The notes: generated by a model from the letters alone, not told the origin. Shown: positions 17,314-27,089, counted from the first letter of the stretch. The stretch is 64,000 nt of DNA from an uncultured Methanosarcinales archaeon (GCA_964445165.1 CAYUJZ010000002.1:1737-65736), one strand, 5' to 3'. Translations and numbers: made by a program.

Positions 17314-18471
17314 TTAAATCCTTTTTATTGCCTGGTAATTCCTTTCGCAGTTGTGATTATCTATGTGCTTAAAAAACTTATCGGCTCTTTCTGCGTATTT
17401 TTTCTCCGTCTCAAAGCTTTTTGTTTCATTAATTCTCTTAAGAATTCTTTCAAGCTCATCTATCATCTGCTTCTCTGTTTTTACTACCTTGCCAAAGCCT
17501 TCTTTATCGTAATCGAAGATGTCTTCATAATGATACTTCCCTATCTGGTAGAATATCATATGCCTTTTCATATAAGCAAAGTCGAAAAGCACGCTTGAGT
17601 AGTCGGTGATTAGCAGTGCTGAGCGTTTAATGAGAGCTGAAATGTTGTTGTTTTTATCTGTCTTATCACCGATTACTTTTACCCTCTCAAATTCTGAGTT
17701 GAAGAGGTGAGAGTATTTTTGCATAACATAATGAAGCACAAAATTCAGCCTGAAATCATACTTTTCAAGAAGCTTATTTATGGAGCCTGAATTAATGATA
17801 TTATTAAGAGCAATATAGTACTTGTGCTTCTTAAACTCTTCTTCACTCGCACCCTGAAGGCTTTTCTTCCAGCTCATCATCACAAGTATCTCTCTTTCAG
17901 GCTGCGCACCATAGAGATTATCAAACCTGGCTAATCCGGTGATTTTTATCTCTTTTTCATATCCCATATATTTCTTGACAATCTGAGCTTCTTTTTCTGC
18001 AGAACAGACAAACATGTCAAAATGCCAGTACTTCTTATGGTATGGATTAACTTTAGACTTGATTACTCCATGCTGAAGAAAGATTAATTTTGTTCTTGGC
18101 TTAAGAAGTTTCTTCAAAGAGTAGCCTTCTTTATAAAAATAAAAAGGGTCCGTATCGTAGCTAAAGATTAACTTGCCTGCGTGCACAAAATACCAGAGAT
18201 GCCTTAAAGAGAACCTGTAAACAACATTTTTGTCCTCAAGCATTTCCTTAAATTCTGCAGATTTCTTGTTTTTGCATAAGAATACAGAGGTTATTTTCTT
18301 ATCTTTTTTCTTTACGTAATTGTAAAGGTAATAAGCATTGTCAATACCGAAAGGCCTTTCTATGAAAAACCAGATTTCTTTCTTTTTGAGAAACCAGAAT
18401 GGCTTAAATATAATATAGAAAAAAATCAAGTAAGCCATATATACTGCTGCCTTGAACCTGCTTTCTATCAT
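17314..18471 (-). CDS. CDP-glycerol glycerophosphotransferase-like (TagB/TagF, Glyphos_transf family)
   Basis: 385 aa. The FLQHGV…KITGLARFDNLY region resembles the conserved HG…G.PR.D core of TagF-family enzymes. Its stop overlaps the AlkP-like gene by 1 nt (17312/17314). Confidence 0.5.
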   Translation of the reverse strand: MIESRFKAAVYMAYLIFFYIIFKPFWFLKKKEIWFFIERPFGIDNAYYLYNYVKKKDKKITSVFLCKNKKSAEFKEMLEDKNVVYRFSLRHLWYFVHAGKLIFSYDTDPFYFYKEGYSLKKLLKPRTKLIFLQHGVIKSKVNPYHKKYWHFDMFVCSAEKEAQIVKKYMGYEKEIKITGLARFDNLYGAQPEREILVMMSWKKSLQGASEEEFKKHKYYIALNNIINSGSINKLLEKYDFRLNFVLHYVMQKYSHLFNSEFERVKVIGDKTDKNNNISALIKRSALLITDYSSVLFDFAYMKRHMIFYQIGKYHYEDIFDYDKEGFGKVVKTEKQMIDELERILKRINETKSFETEKKYAERADKFFKHIDNHNCERNYQAIKRI

Positions 18472-18669
18472 TTGACTAACAAGAATAAACCTTTTTACAA
18501 TGATATTTAAAATTAATGTTTTTTAAAATTGTTATACTCTTTTAATATAATGGTATTTTCCCTGGTTTTTCGTCTAGGTTTGCTGAATTGCCTTTAAAAA
18601 CAGATTAAAAACACGAGAATTTTTTTTACGACAGAAAATCACTAGAAACCCAACACATCACATCTAGTT

Positions 18670-19685
18670 CTAAAAGCCCATTTCCTTTAAGCATCTATCA
18701 AAGGATTCTTTGAACTCATTAATCTTGGCTTCCTTTGTATAATTCATCGCAATCTTCCTATGTTCCTCTCTCAGGCGGTTCAAATATTTATTGTCTTTTT
18801 TCATAAGCTGAATTATTTTGTCAGCTATATCTTTATCGCTACTTTTTAAGTCAATTATGAAATCTTTGTCCTTGACAAGGTAGTTCGTTCCGACTTGGCT
18901 TGATGTGATTGGAATAACTCTTGACACCATGGATTCAAGAACAACAGACGGGTGAGAATCAAATTTTGAAGGAAGCAAGAGAAAATCTGAATTCTTCAGG
19001 TAATGAGCTATATCTTCTGAAAACCCAACAAACTTTATTTTCTTTTTTTCTTTTGTTTTCAATAAAACTTCTTTTTCTAAGCTGCCTGTTCCTACTATTG
19101 TTAAATTCACGTTAGGCTCTTTATCTGAAATAATGCTGAAAATATCAATAGTCTTAAGAATATTTTTATTATCGTCAAGCGAACCCAAAAACAAGAGGTT
19201 CTTGCTTGAACTTCTCACAAGGTCTATTTTTGATAAGACTTTCTCTCGAGTCAAAAAAGGATTTGAGACCAATGCAGTTTTTTTGGTGTAACTCTCTAGA
19301 TATCTCCTGTTAAGTTCGGAGACAGCAATGTAAGAGTCTATCCTGGAAAGAAAAGAATTAATTATTGCCTTTGAAAAATATCCATACCTTTTATTCGCTA
19401 AGTGAAAAAAAAGCGGGTCTGCATCCAGGTAAATTATCTTTATTCCCGGCCTGAAAATCTTAAGAATCGCTGAGAAGTAAAGGCCAGAAAAACCCTCGCA
19501 GAGGAAAACTCCTCTTTTGTCATACTTACAGAAAGTGAAAGCAGCCTGATTATGTTATACAAGGGGTTGAGGATATATTTAATATTATCAGGTGCGGGAG
19601 CAATCTCTTCAGCTCCTACTGATTCTGCAAAAGCCTGATGAACTGGATGTGGCTTTGGAATGTTCCGCACAAAGTAGACCTTCAT
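18670..19685 (-). pseudogene. GT4-family glycosyltransferase with a frame disruption near 19500-19560
   Basis: The C-terminal 200-aa ORF (a GT4 C-domain, LLPSKFDSHPSVVLESM…) continues upstream in frame for about 95 more codons (…GVFLCEGFSGLYFSAILKIF…IAVSELNRRYL…) to a TAA at 19555-19557. A credible N-terminus (MKVYFVRNIPKPHPV…, ATG at 19685) is in the -1 frame. Confidence 0.4.
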
Positions 19686-19692
19686 TTTCTGT

Positions 19693-20838
19693 TTATCTTT
19701 CTTCGCAGGATACTTCTGCAACTGCCTCTCTATAAACCTCAAAAGTCTTCTCTGCAACTTTGTCCCAGGTGTAGTTGCTCTTCACCAGCTGATAGCCGGC
19801 TGTACCCATTTTATTTAGCTCCTTCCTGCTCCTGCTCAGGAGTGCCTTCAGCGCGCTGCCCAGCTTTTTTGGGCTCTTGGGGGGGACTATAAGCCCATTT
19901 TCACCTTCAACAACAAAGTCCTTGTTGCCGCCTACATCTGTCACAAGCACTGGAAGCCTTGCTGCCCAGGCTTCAAGAAGTGTTAAAGGCTGGCCTTCGT
20001 AAAGGGAAGGAAGAACAAAAAGGTGAGATGACTTATACTCTTTTATCAGGCCTCCTCCATAAACCTTGCCCCTGAATTTGAAAAGCCTGTCCACTTTTTT
20101 CTCTTTAGCAAGCTGTTTCAGGCTTTCTTCCTCGCTGCCTCCGCCGATCAGGTGAAACTCGCAGCTTTTTATCTCATGCTTTATTAAGGAAACTGCCTCG
20201 ATTAAATACTTAAGGCCTTTCTGGGGATGAAGCCGGCCCACAAAAATAGCTTTGATGTTTTTTGCTTTCTCTGCTTTAACAGCATCATATTTTTCTACAT
20301 TGACTCCGTTCGGGATAACTACAGGCTTGTTTTTGTTTCTTAATTTCAGAAAAGAGCTGTCAACTGTAATCTCGCGTGAATACTTTATTTTCGCCTGGAG
20401 GAACAGCTCAACCTTTGAAAGCATCCAGCTTTTAAGGTTGCGGCCGTACATGTCCCGGATTGCGTCAATGCCGCAACCGTGAACTGTGTAGACAACAGGA
20501 ATTGCTAATTTTCGTGAGAGTCTTTTTGCCGGCCATCCTGGAAGGTTTGCGTGTGCATGAATAACATCATAGCTTTTTCTCCTGATGATTTCCTTCTGAA
20601 CGTCCCTGCACCACTTAAGCCTTGAGAGAAATGAATCAAAGCTTGCTTTCCTGCCAACCCTATATATGCTTAGCCTGCCATTATGGAATGACTCTTTCCT
20701 TTTTCCGTCCAGGTTCATCACAAAAACGTCCACAGAACACTTATGATTCAATACGAGCTTGTTTGCAAGCTCCCAAACGTGTGCCTGCCCGCCTCCCCAT
20801 ACCGGCTTCCAGGCTTCGATAAGCATGCACACTCTCAT
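19693..20838 (-). CDS. glycosyltransferase family 4 (GT-B fold)
   Basis: 381 aa. N-terminal GGG donor-site loop, and the EX7E motif region EGQPLTLLEAWAARLPVLVTDVGGNKDFV. Confidence 0.85.
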   Translation of the reverse strand: MRVCMLIEAWKPVWGGGQAHVWELANKLVLNHKCSVDVFVMNLDGKRKESFHNGRLSIYRVGRKASFDSFLSRLKWCRDVQKEIIRRKSYDVIHAHANLPGWPAKRLSRKLAIPVVYTVHGCGIDAIRDMYGRNLKSWMLSKVELFLQAKIKYSREITVDSSFLKLRNKNKPVVIPNGVNVEKYDAVKAEKAKNIKAIFVGRLHPQKGLKYLIEAVSLIKHEIKSCEFHLIGGGSEEESLKQLAKEKKVDRLFKFRGKVYGGGLIKEYKSSHLFVLPSLYEGQPLTLLEAWAARLPVLVTDVGGNKDFVVEGENGLIVPPKSPKKLGSALKALLSRSRKELNKMGTAGYQLVKSNYTWDKVAEKTFEVYREAVAEVSCEER

Positions 20839-21977
20839 TTTCCTGCGTTCTCGTAAACGTGCTCTACCTGGAATGCGAGCTTTTCCCAGTCGTACTTCTC
20901 AAGCACAAGCGGGGCTTCGCTGAGGCACTTGTCATAAAAAGACTGATCCTTTAATAGCTCAGATGCCTTGTCTGCCAGGTCGAGCTCATTGCCTGGCTCA
21001 AAGAGCTGGCCTCCTTTGCCTGTGTCTGTAACCTCGATTGTAGGAGGAATCGCTGAGTTTATGAAGGGTGTGCCTGCTGCCAGGGCTTCTACTGTGACTA
21101 TCCCAAAGCCTTCAACATCACTTGGCAGGCAGAAGAGCTTGCTTGTTGCAATCTCCTTCACCACATCCTCATGCTTCTCTACAAAGCCAAAGAACTTTAC
21201 ATGCTCTTTAAGGCCAAGCTCATTAGCCATTTTCTCCAGGCTTTCCCGCTCACGGCCTACCCCGATTATCTTAATCAGCAGGCTTGGGAATTCCGGGAGC
21301 ATTATTTTTGCTGCCTTGAGCAGCAGGTCTACTCTTTTGTACTTGACCAGCCTCCCAACAAAGCAGATGCTTTCAGGCTGCTTCTTCACTTCGCCCAGAG
21401 AATACTTTTCTTTATCAATTCCATTATACACAACAGTTATCCTGCTTGGCTCTACCTTTCCTTTTGTCTCAAGCTTCCCTTTGGTATAGTTGCTTACTGC
21501 GATGAAATGGCTCCACTTCATGGAAAGAATTCTTCTCTCAACAATCTCTCCAAGCATTCCTGAGGGGCCCATATTCTTAACCCACTCGCCGCCTATCCAG
21601 ACATCGTGGTATGTTGCAACTGCCGGGACCTTGTGAAGCCTTGCTATCTTGTATGCTGCAGGGTAGCTGACAAAGTTGTAGCCGTCAACCACGTCAGGGC
21701 TAAGCTTTTTTCCTGCCTTCATTGCCTCACGCACAAAGGAAAGCCTTGCTGAGAGCTTTCCGCCCTGGGAATAGTCTCTCTCATTGCCTACCCTTATAAC
21801 TTCTATGCCGGCAAAACTGTCTTTCTCTTTTGTGCCTGTCTCCCTGCTGGTTATAACTGTTACCTTATGCCTTTTTGCAAGGTGCCTTGCGATGTGAAAT
21901 GCCCTGGCTTCCACGCCTCCTTTAACATCGCATTGGTCGCTAAAGGGAAAGAATTCTGTCACAATAAGGATTTTCAT
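20835..21977 (-). CDS. glycosyltransferase family 4 (GT-B fold)
   Basis: 380 aa. MKILIVTEFFPF…GGVE N-terminus and EGFGIVTVEALAAGTPFI C-domain motif. Overlaps the downstream GT4 by 4 nt. Confidence 0.85.
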   Translation of the reverse strand: MKILIVTEFFPFSDQCDVKGGVEARAFHIARHLAKRHKVTVITSRETGTKEKDSFAGIEVIRVGNERDYSQGGKLSARLSFVREAMKAGKKLSPDVVDGYNFVSYPAAYKIARLHKVPAVATYHDVWIGGEWVKNMGPSGMLGEIVERRILSMKWSHFIAVSNYTKGKLETKGKVEPSRITVVYNGIDKEKYSLGEVKKQPESICFVGRLVKYKRVDLLLKAAKIMLPEFPSLLIKIIGVGRERESLEKMANELGLKEHVKFFGFVEKHEDVVKEIATSKLFCLPSDVEGFGIVTVEALAAGTPFINSAIPPTIEVTDTGKGGQLFEPGNELDLADKASELLKDQSFYDKCLSEAPLVLEKYDWEKLAFQVEHVYENAGK

Positions 21978-22039
21978 CTTAGCAGCTAAACTTGTTATAT
22001 ATTTAAAAGTTTATGGTTTTCCTGTGCAAACTGGCTGAG

Positions 22040-22297
22040 CTACTTATAAACATTTCTTCGATGGCCTATTTCAACAGCAATAATCAGCAGCTTGCCTGCA
22101 AGAATATCCAGAATTACTCTAAAGTTGCCTATCCGCAACCTGAAATACCCTGACCCAACTAATTTCTTAACATGAGAATGCGGCTTTATCCTGCACCTTT
22201 CCAAAGAAGAAACTATTCTCCTTTTGTCTTTTTCGTCCAGTTTTTTTAGAAACTTCTTTGCTTCTTCTGTAAAGTATATGTCAAACACCAGCAACAC
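22040..22297 (-). CDS. relE: RelE/ParE-family type II toxin (mRNA interferase)
   Basis: 85 aa. GSGYFRLRIGNFRVILDI…IAVEIGHRRNVY is the characteristic RelE/ParE core. Confidence 0.7.
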   Translation of the reverse strand: MLLVFDIYFTEEAKKFLKKLDEKDKRRIVSSLERCRIKPHSHVKKLVGSGYFRLRIGNFRVILDILAGKLLIIAVEIGHRRNVYK

Positions 22298-22317
22298 TCT
22301 CCAAGCATAATGATTTC

Positions 22318-22539
22318 TTACAAGCCAAGCTCTTTCTTGACTTCTTCAAGGGAATAAACTCTCCCTGCCTTGATGTCCTCTTCTGCTTTCTTTATTCTTC
22401 TTTTTGTCTCTTCTGAAAGCTCCATTGAGTCCTCCAGCGCATCCCAGATTACTTCTTCATAAGACTCCTTGTCATAAAGCTTTCTTTCTTTCAGCTTTGA
22501 CAATAATTCCTTGCTAACCTGAATAGTTGTGGTTTCCAT
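22318..22539 (-). CDS. relB: RelB-like antitoxin
   Basis: 73 aa, acidic. The C-terminus …AEEDIKAGRVYSLEEVKKELGL resembles archaeal RelB antitoxins. It lies immediately upstream of the toxin with a 20-nt gap. Confidence 0.55.
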   Translation of the reverse strand: METTTIQVSKELLSKLKERKLYDKESYEEVIWDALEDSMELSEETKRRIKKAEEDIKAGRVYSLEEVKKELGL

Positions 22540-22606
22540 AGCGGGTGTATAGTTGGCTATATTTATAAAATTTTCTCTTATATGATGGAAAGTATTTCAG
22601 AACTAC

Positions 22607-23035
22607 CTACTTCTTTCCAGCTTCATGCTCAACAAGCGCTGCCTTCACTGCTTTTAAAGGAAGCATTGCGCACTTTATCCTGTTCACGCCAAGGCTAATC
22701 CCAATAAGCTCTCTTATGTGCTTCTCATCAAGCTTCAAAACCTCAGAAACCTTCAATCCTTTTAGCTCATCAAACAGCATGTCTGCTGAGGCGATTGAGA
22801 TGGTGCAGCCCTCAGCTAAGAAGCCAGCGTCCTTAACTGCCTCGGCTTCAACCTGGAGGTAAACTGTTATCTTGTCTCCGCAGAGGGGGTTTGTGTCATG
22901 AAAGCTTGCATTAAACTTTGGGGGCTTTCGCTGGTTGTGTGGCTTTTCTCCCCTTTCCATTAGCTCATCATACTTTTCGTGGTCTTGCATTTTAGTATTT
23001 CTGCTCAATTTCCCTGAGTGCATCTGCGAGTGCAT
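22607..23035 (-). CDS. sufU: Fe-S cluster assembly scaffold, SufU/IscU (NifU N-terminal-like)
   Basis: Contains …NPLCGDKI…EGCTISIASADML…, the conserved Cys-containing IscU/SufU motifs. The likely true start is the internal MQDHEKY… at about 22990, directly abutting the sufS stop. Confidence 0.65.
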   Translation of the reverse strand: MHSQMHSGKLSRNTKMQDHEKYDELMERGEKPHNQRKPPKFNASFHDTNPLCGDKITVYLQVEAEAVKDAGFLAEGCTISIASADMLFDELKGLKVSEVLKLDEKHIRELIGISLGVNRIKCAMLPLKAVKAALVEHEAGKK

Positions 23036-24197
23036 CTATTTCCTCAAAGGTGTTGTAGAGGTAAAAGCTTGCACGGACTGTGCCTGTCACGCCCAGGGCC
23101 TTGTGCATAGGGATTGCACAGTGGGTGCCTGCCCGCGTTGCTATCTTCCGCCTGTCCAGCAGGGCTGAAATGTCGTGGGGATGGAGTTTCTTATGCACAA
23201 ATGAGACTATCGCGTTCTTTCCATCTAAACAGCCTGCAAAGAGAGTAAGGCTTTTTATATCGCCAAGCCTTTTCAACGCATACTCCAGAATCTCATGCTC
23301 ATACTCCTCTATGTTACTAAGCCCAATTGAAGACAAAAACTCGACTGCTTTGGAAAGCCCATAAGCCTCTACAAAAGGCATTGTCCCTGCCTCGAACTTG
23401 TGCGGGGGCTCTAAAGCCTTGTATCCTCTTTCAGACACTTCTGAAACCATCTCCCCGCCGCCCAGGAAGCAAGGCATCTTTTCAAGCATCTGTTTTCTTC
23501 CGTACAAAACGCCTATGCCTGTGGGCCCAAGCATTTTATGGCCTGAGAATGCAAGGAAGTCAATGTGCTCCAGAGAAAAAGAATGATGAGGAACGAGCTG
23601 GGCGCCGTCACAAATCGTTATTTTCCCAAGCGACTTTGCGTACTCAAAAAAAGAATGGCCTGTTATGAAGCCGGTAACATTGGAAGCGCCGGCCAGGGAA
23701 ACTATGTCTGCATCGGAAACTTTTTTGCGGAAATCAGAAACATCCAACCTTAAGTCTTGATCAAGCCCTACAAAGCTGATCTCTACATTCTTGTATCTTT
23801 CCTTTGCAATCATCCAGGGGACTATGTTTGAATGGTGCTCTGACAGGGAAATGAGTACAGAAGCCTTTCCTTTCTTTGCGATTATCATTCGGACAAGAGA
23901 ATCAGCCAGCAGATTGAGTGATTCTGTTGTGTTTTTTGTGAATATAACTTCCTCGGGCTGGCTGCCGATAAAATCACCAACTTTCTTCCTTGAGTTTTCA
24001 TACAGCTCTGTTGCTTCCTCACTAAGCTTATATACGCCCCTGTGTATGTTTGCGTAGCTTTTTGAGTAGAACTCTTCCATTGCCTTTACTGCTGAGGCCA
24101 GCTTTGGCGTGGAAGCCCCGTTATCGAGAAAGATGTAATTATCCGGTATAAGAACCTCTTTCCTGATTTTATTTACCTGCTCTTTAGTCAAGCTCAT
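22992..24197 (-). CDS. sufS: cysteine desulfurase (class V aminotransferase, SufS-type)
   Basis: 401 aa. Shows the PLP-lysine motif SGHKMLGPTGIGVLYG and the conserved C-terminal GTHCA Cys loop. Confidence 0.85.
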   Translation of the reverse strand: MSLTKEQVNKIRKEVLIPDNYIFLDNGASTPKLASAVKAMEEFYSKSYANIHRGVYKLSEEATELYENSRKKVGDFIGSQPEEVIFTKNTTESLNLLADSLVRMIIAKKGKASVLISLSEHHSNIVPWMIAKERYKNVEISFVGLDQDLRLDVSDFRKKVSDADIVSLAGASNVTGFITGHSFFEYAKSLGKITICDGAQLVPHHSFSLEHIDFLAFSGHKMLGPTGIGVLYGRKQMLEKMPCFLGGGEMVSEVSERGYKALEPPHKFEAGTMPFVEAYGLSKAVEFLSSIGLSNIEEYEHEILEYALKRLGDIKSLTLFAGCLDGKNAIVSFVHKKLHPHDISALLDRRKIATRAGTHCAIPMHKALGVTGTVRASFYLYNTFEEIDALADALREIEQKY

Positions 24198-24996
24198 TTT
24201 CCCACCTCTCTAAGTGCTGCTCAAATTCTTCTTCTGGAAGGTTTCTTAGCAGTATATTCTTTCTTATTAAAATCCTTGCCTCTTCTTCAGAGAGGCCTTT
24301 TGAGTATAAGTAAAACAGCTCTGCCTTGTCATAGCCTCTTGCCAGGGCGCTGTGTGATGCCTTTATGTTGTCGTTGCTTATTTCTATGAAGGGGGATAGC
24401 TCTACCGAGCCACCTTCAACCAGTGAAAAAAGGTCGATTGCGCATGAAACTCCTAAAGCCTTTTCCGGAATAATGGCTTTTGCCCTTACCTTTGACTCTG
24501 CGTAATTCACTGAGTCAAGGCTCAACTTAAAGCTGCTCGCCTCGTAGTGAAATGAATCAATATGAAACTCGGTATCTGAGCTAAAAACTGAAGAAACGCT
24601 AATTCTTGCCTGGCTTTGTTTCTGGCTATCTGACTTAATCTCGCATTTCCCAACATTCCTGCACATCCAGTTTAGGGCAACAGAATCAGCTGGCAGGAAA
24701 ACCATTCTCTTTACTGGAACAGATGAAACAAGATTCAGGACAGAATCCTTTGCATCCGAATAGGCTATTAATGTAAGGGTTTTGGCTTTGCTCTCATTAA
24801 TGCTGATAAAGTTATTGCCGGAAAAAGAAACGAGAACTATCTCTTCCTGCGGGACAATTCCTGCACCAGCATTCCAGCTGCTTAACTCTATGCACTCAAC
24901 AGTCCTGGATAACTTTACTCCAAGCCTCAGAAGCCTTACTCTAACATCTGCAGGAATCCCTGAATACTCTTTTTTTTCAATATTGATTTTTCCCAT
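24184..24996 (-). CDS. sufD: SufD-like Fe-S assembly protein (SufB/SufD family, short form)
   Basis: 270 aa. The C-terminus …AELFYLYSKGLSEEEARILI… matches the SufB/SufD C-terminal signature. Confidence 0.55.
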   Translation of the reverse strand: MGKINIEKKEYSGIPADVRVRLLRLGVKLSRTVECIELSSWNAGAGIVPQEEIVLVSFSGNNFISINESKAKTLTLIAYSDAKDSVLNLVSSVPVKRMVFLPADSVALNWMCRNVGKCEIKSDSQKQSQARISVSSVFSSDTEFHIDSFHYEASSFKLSLDSVNYAESKVRAKAIIPEKALGVSCAIDLFSLVEGGSVELSPFIEISNDNIKASHSALARGYDKAELFYLYSKGLSEEEARILIRKNILLRNLPEEEFEQHLERWENELD

Positions 24997-24997
24997 T

Positions 24998-26359
24998 TTA
25001 GCCTACGCTGTTTTCCATCTGCATCCTGATCAGCTTATTTAGCTCTACAGCATATTCCATTGGAAGCTCTTTCACAATTGGGCTTAGAAAGCCGAGGACA
25101 ATAAGGGTTTTTGCCTCTTCTTCTGAGATGCCTTTGCTCATAAGGTAAAAGAGCTTGTCCTGATCGATTTTTCCTACGCTTGCCTCGTGCTTTACTAGTG
25201 AATTTGTATTCTGGATTATGTTGGTCGGGTAGGTGTTGCTCTTTGAGATGTCATCAAGCAGCAGGGCATCGCAGTTAACGCTGACATTTGAGTTTTCTGC
25301 GGCTTTCAGCACTTTTACCAGACCCCTATAAGTGTGGGTTCCTCCTTTGAATGAGATACCTTTGCCGACTACCTTTGAGCTTGTGTTTTTTCCTATGCAG
25401 ATTACTTTGCCGCCGGCATCTATGTTCTGGCTTTCGCCTGCTGAGGTTATGCTTAGTATGTCGCCTCTTGAGTTATCGCCTTTCAGTATGATTGCCGGGT
25501 ACTTCATGTTTAGCCCTGAGCCAAGGTTTCCGTCTATCCACTCTATTACTGCGTTTTCTTCAGCCAGGCCTCTTTTGGTAGTGAGGTTGAGCACATTCTT
25601 GCTCCAGTTCTGGACTGTGGAAAAGCGCATCCTTGAGTTTTTCTTTGCGAATATCTCTACCACGCCTGCGTGCAGGCTGGCGCTGCTGTACAATGGAGCT
25701 GTGCAGCCTTCTACATAGTGAACTTCTGCGCCTTCGTCTACAATGATAAGCGTCCTTTCGAACTGGCCTGAGCCTTCGAAATTCATCCTGTAGTATGTCT
25801 GGAGTGGCATAGTTAATTTCACTCCTTTTGGAACGTAGATGAATGTGCCGCCTGACCATGCTGCTGTGTTCAGGGCAGAGTACTTATTGTCTGAATAGGG
25901 AATAAGCCTGCCGAAGTATTCCTTAACGATTTCCGGGTGCTCATGGACTGCTTCGTCCATGCTTGAGAATATAACTCCCTGCTTTGCGATTTCTTCCTTA
26001 AGCTTTTTGTAGACAACCTCGGACTCGTACTGGGCTCCGCTTCCTGCAAAAAACTCTCTTTCTGCTTCGGGAATGCCCAGCTTGTCAAAGGTTTCCTTGA
26101 TTTCCTTAGGGAGCTTTTCCCAGTCGCTCTGCTGTGACTCTACTGGTTTTGTAAAAAGCGTTATTTTTGAGAAGTCAATGGGAATCTCGGGTGACCAGGA
26201 AGGCAGCCCCATGGAGAGAAAAGCATCAAGCGCCTTGAGCCTGAGCTCTCTCATCCAGGCAGGGTCTTTTTTTATCTCTGAAAGCTTAAGCACTGCTTCC
26301 TTTGTTATGCCTGGCGGAGTCCTGTATACATAACCCTTTTTGCTGCTTTCGGTTTTCAT
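24998..26359 (-). CDS. sufB: Fe-S cluster assembly protein SufB
   Basis: 453 aa. SufB signature …DKLFYLMSKGISEEEAKTLIVLGF…. Confidence 0.85.
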   Translation of the reverse strand: MKTESSKKGYVYRTPPGITKEAVLKLSEIKKDPAWMRELRLKALDAFLSMGLPSWSPEIPIDFSKITLFTKPVESQQSDWEKLPKEIKETFDKLGIPEAEREFFAGSGAQYESEVVYKKLKEEIAKQGVIFSSMDEAVHEHPEIVKEYFGRLIPYSDNKYSALNTAAWSGGTFIYVPKGVKLTMPLQTYYRMNFEGSGQFERTLIIVDEGAEVHYVEGCTAPLYSSASLHAGVVEIFAKKNSRMRFSTVQNWSKNVLNLTTKRGLAEENAVIEWIDGNLGSGLNMKYPAIILKGDNSRGDILSITSAGESQNIDAGGKVICIGKNTSSKVVGKGISFKGGTHTYRGLVKVLKAAENSNVSVNCDALLLDDISKSNTYPTNIIQNTNSLVKHEASVGKIDQDKLFYLMSKGISEEEAKTLIVLGFLSPIVKELPMEYAVELNKLIRMQMENSVG

Positions 26360-26363
26360 TTAA

Positions 26364-27089
26364 CTAAGAATTTCCATTTATTATGGGCTCAAAGCCTGAG
26401 TCATTTATCTTTCCGGCAAGCTCGATTCCACCCTGCTTCAGGATTTTGCCTTTGTCATAAAGGTAAACCGCATCCACATCAAGAAACTCGAGAATGCGGG
26501 TATAGTGTGTGATTAGCAGGATGCCTTTATCTTTTTTCAGTGATTTCAGAATAGAGGCTACTGACTTAAGTGAGTCTACGTCCAGGCCGGAGTCAATCTC
26601 ATCAATCAGCAGAAACTTAGGGTTCACCAGAAGTGCGGACAGAAGCTCTATTCTTTTTCTCTCACCGCCACTGAAGCCTGTTATCTCTCTTTCCAGGATG
26701 CTCTTTTCCAGGGAGAGCAGGGAAAGCAGCTCCTCTACTCTTTGGGAAAAGTCTTTTGAGCTTTTGAACCTGTGCTTTGAGCTGTTCCACAAAAGGTGGC
26801 GAAGCCTGATTCCTGGAAGGTCTATCGGGCTCTGGAAAACAGCAGCAATGCCTTTTTTTGAAAGCTCATGCGTAGGCAGTCCTGAAACATCTTCATTATT
26901 GAGAAAAACCCTGCCTGAAACTTGGTAAGACGGGTGTTTCATAATTCCGAAGATTAGCGTGCTTTTCCCTGATCCGTTTGGGCCCATCAGGACATGAAGC
27001 TCTCCCTGGCCTATTTCAAGGCTTGCTGAATCCACAATCTTTTTTCCGCCAGTTGATACTGAAAGGCTTTCTGTTTTTAATGTTTTCAT
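26364..27089 (-). CDS. sufC: Fe-S cluster assembly ATPase SufC
   Basis: 241 aa. Walker A GPNGSGKST, ABC signature LSGGERKR, and Walker B LLIDEIDSGLD. Confidence 0.85.
   Translation of the reverse strand: MKTLKTESLSVSTGGKKIVDSASLEIGQGELHVLMGPNGSGKSTLIFGIMKHPSYQVSGRVFLNNEDVSGLPTHELSKKGIAAVFQSPIDLPGIRLRHLLWNSSKHRFKSSKDFSQRVEELLSLLSLEKSILEREITGFSGGERKRIELLSALLVNPKFLLIDEIDSGLDVDSLKSVASILKSLKKDKGILLITHYTRILEFLDVDAVYLYDKGKILKQGGIELAGKINDSGFEPIINGNS

Noticed and set aside
20968-21563. Plus-strand ORFs (173 and 130 aa) inside the GT4 gene 20835-21977
   Set aside because: They are antisense to a GT4 gene with clear motifs. Spurious.
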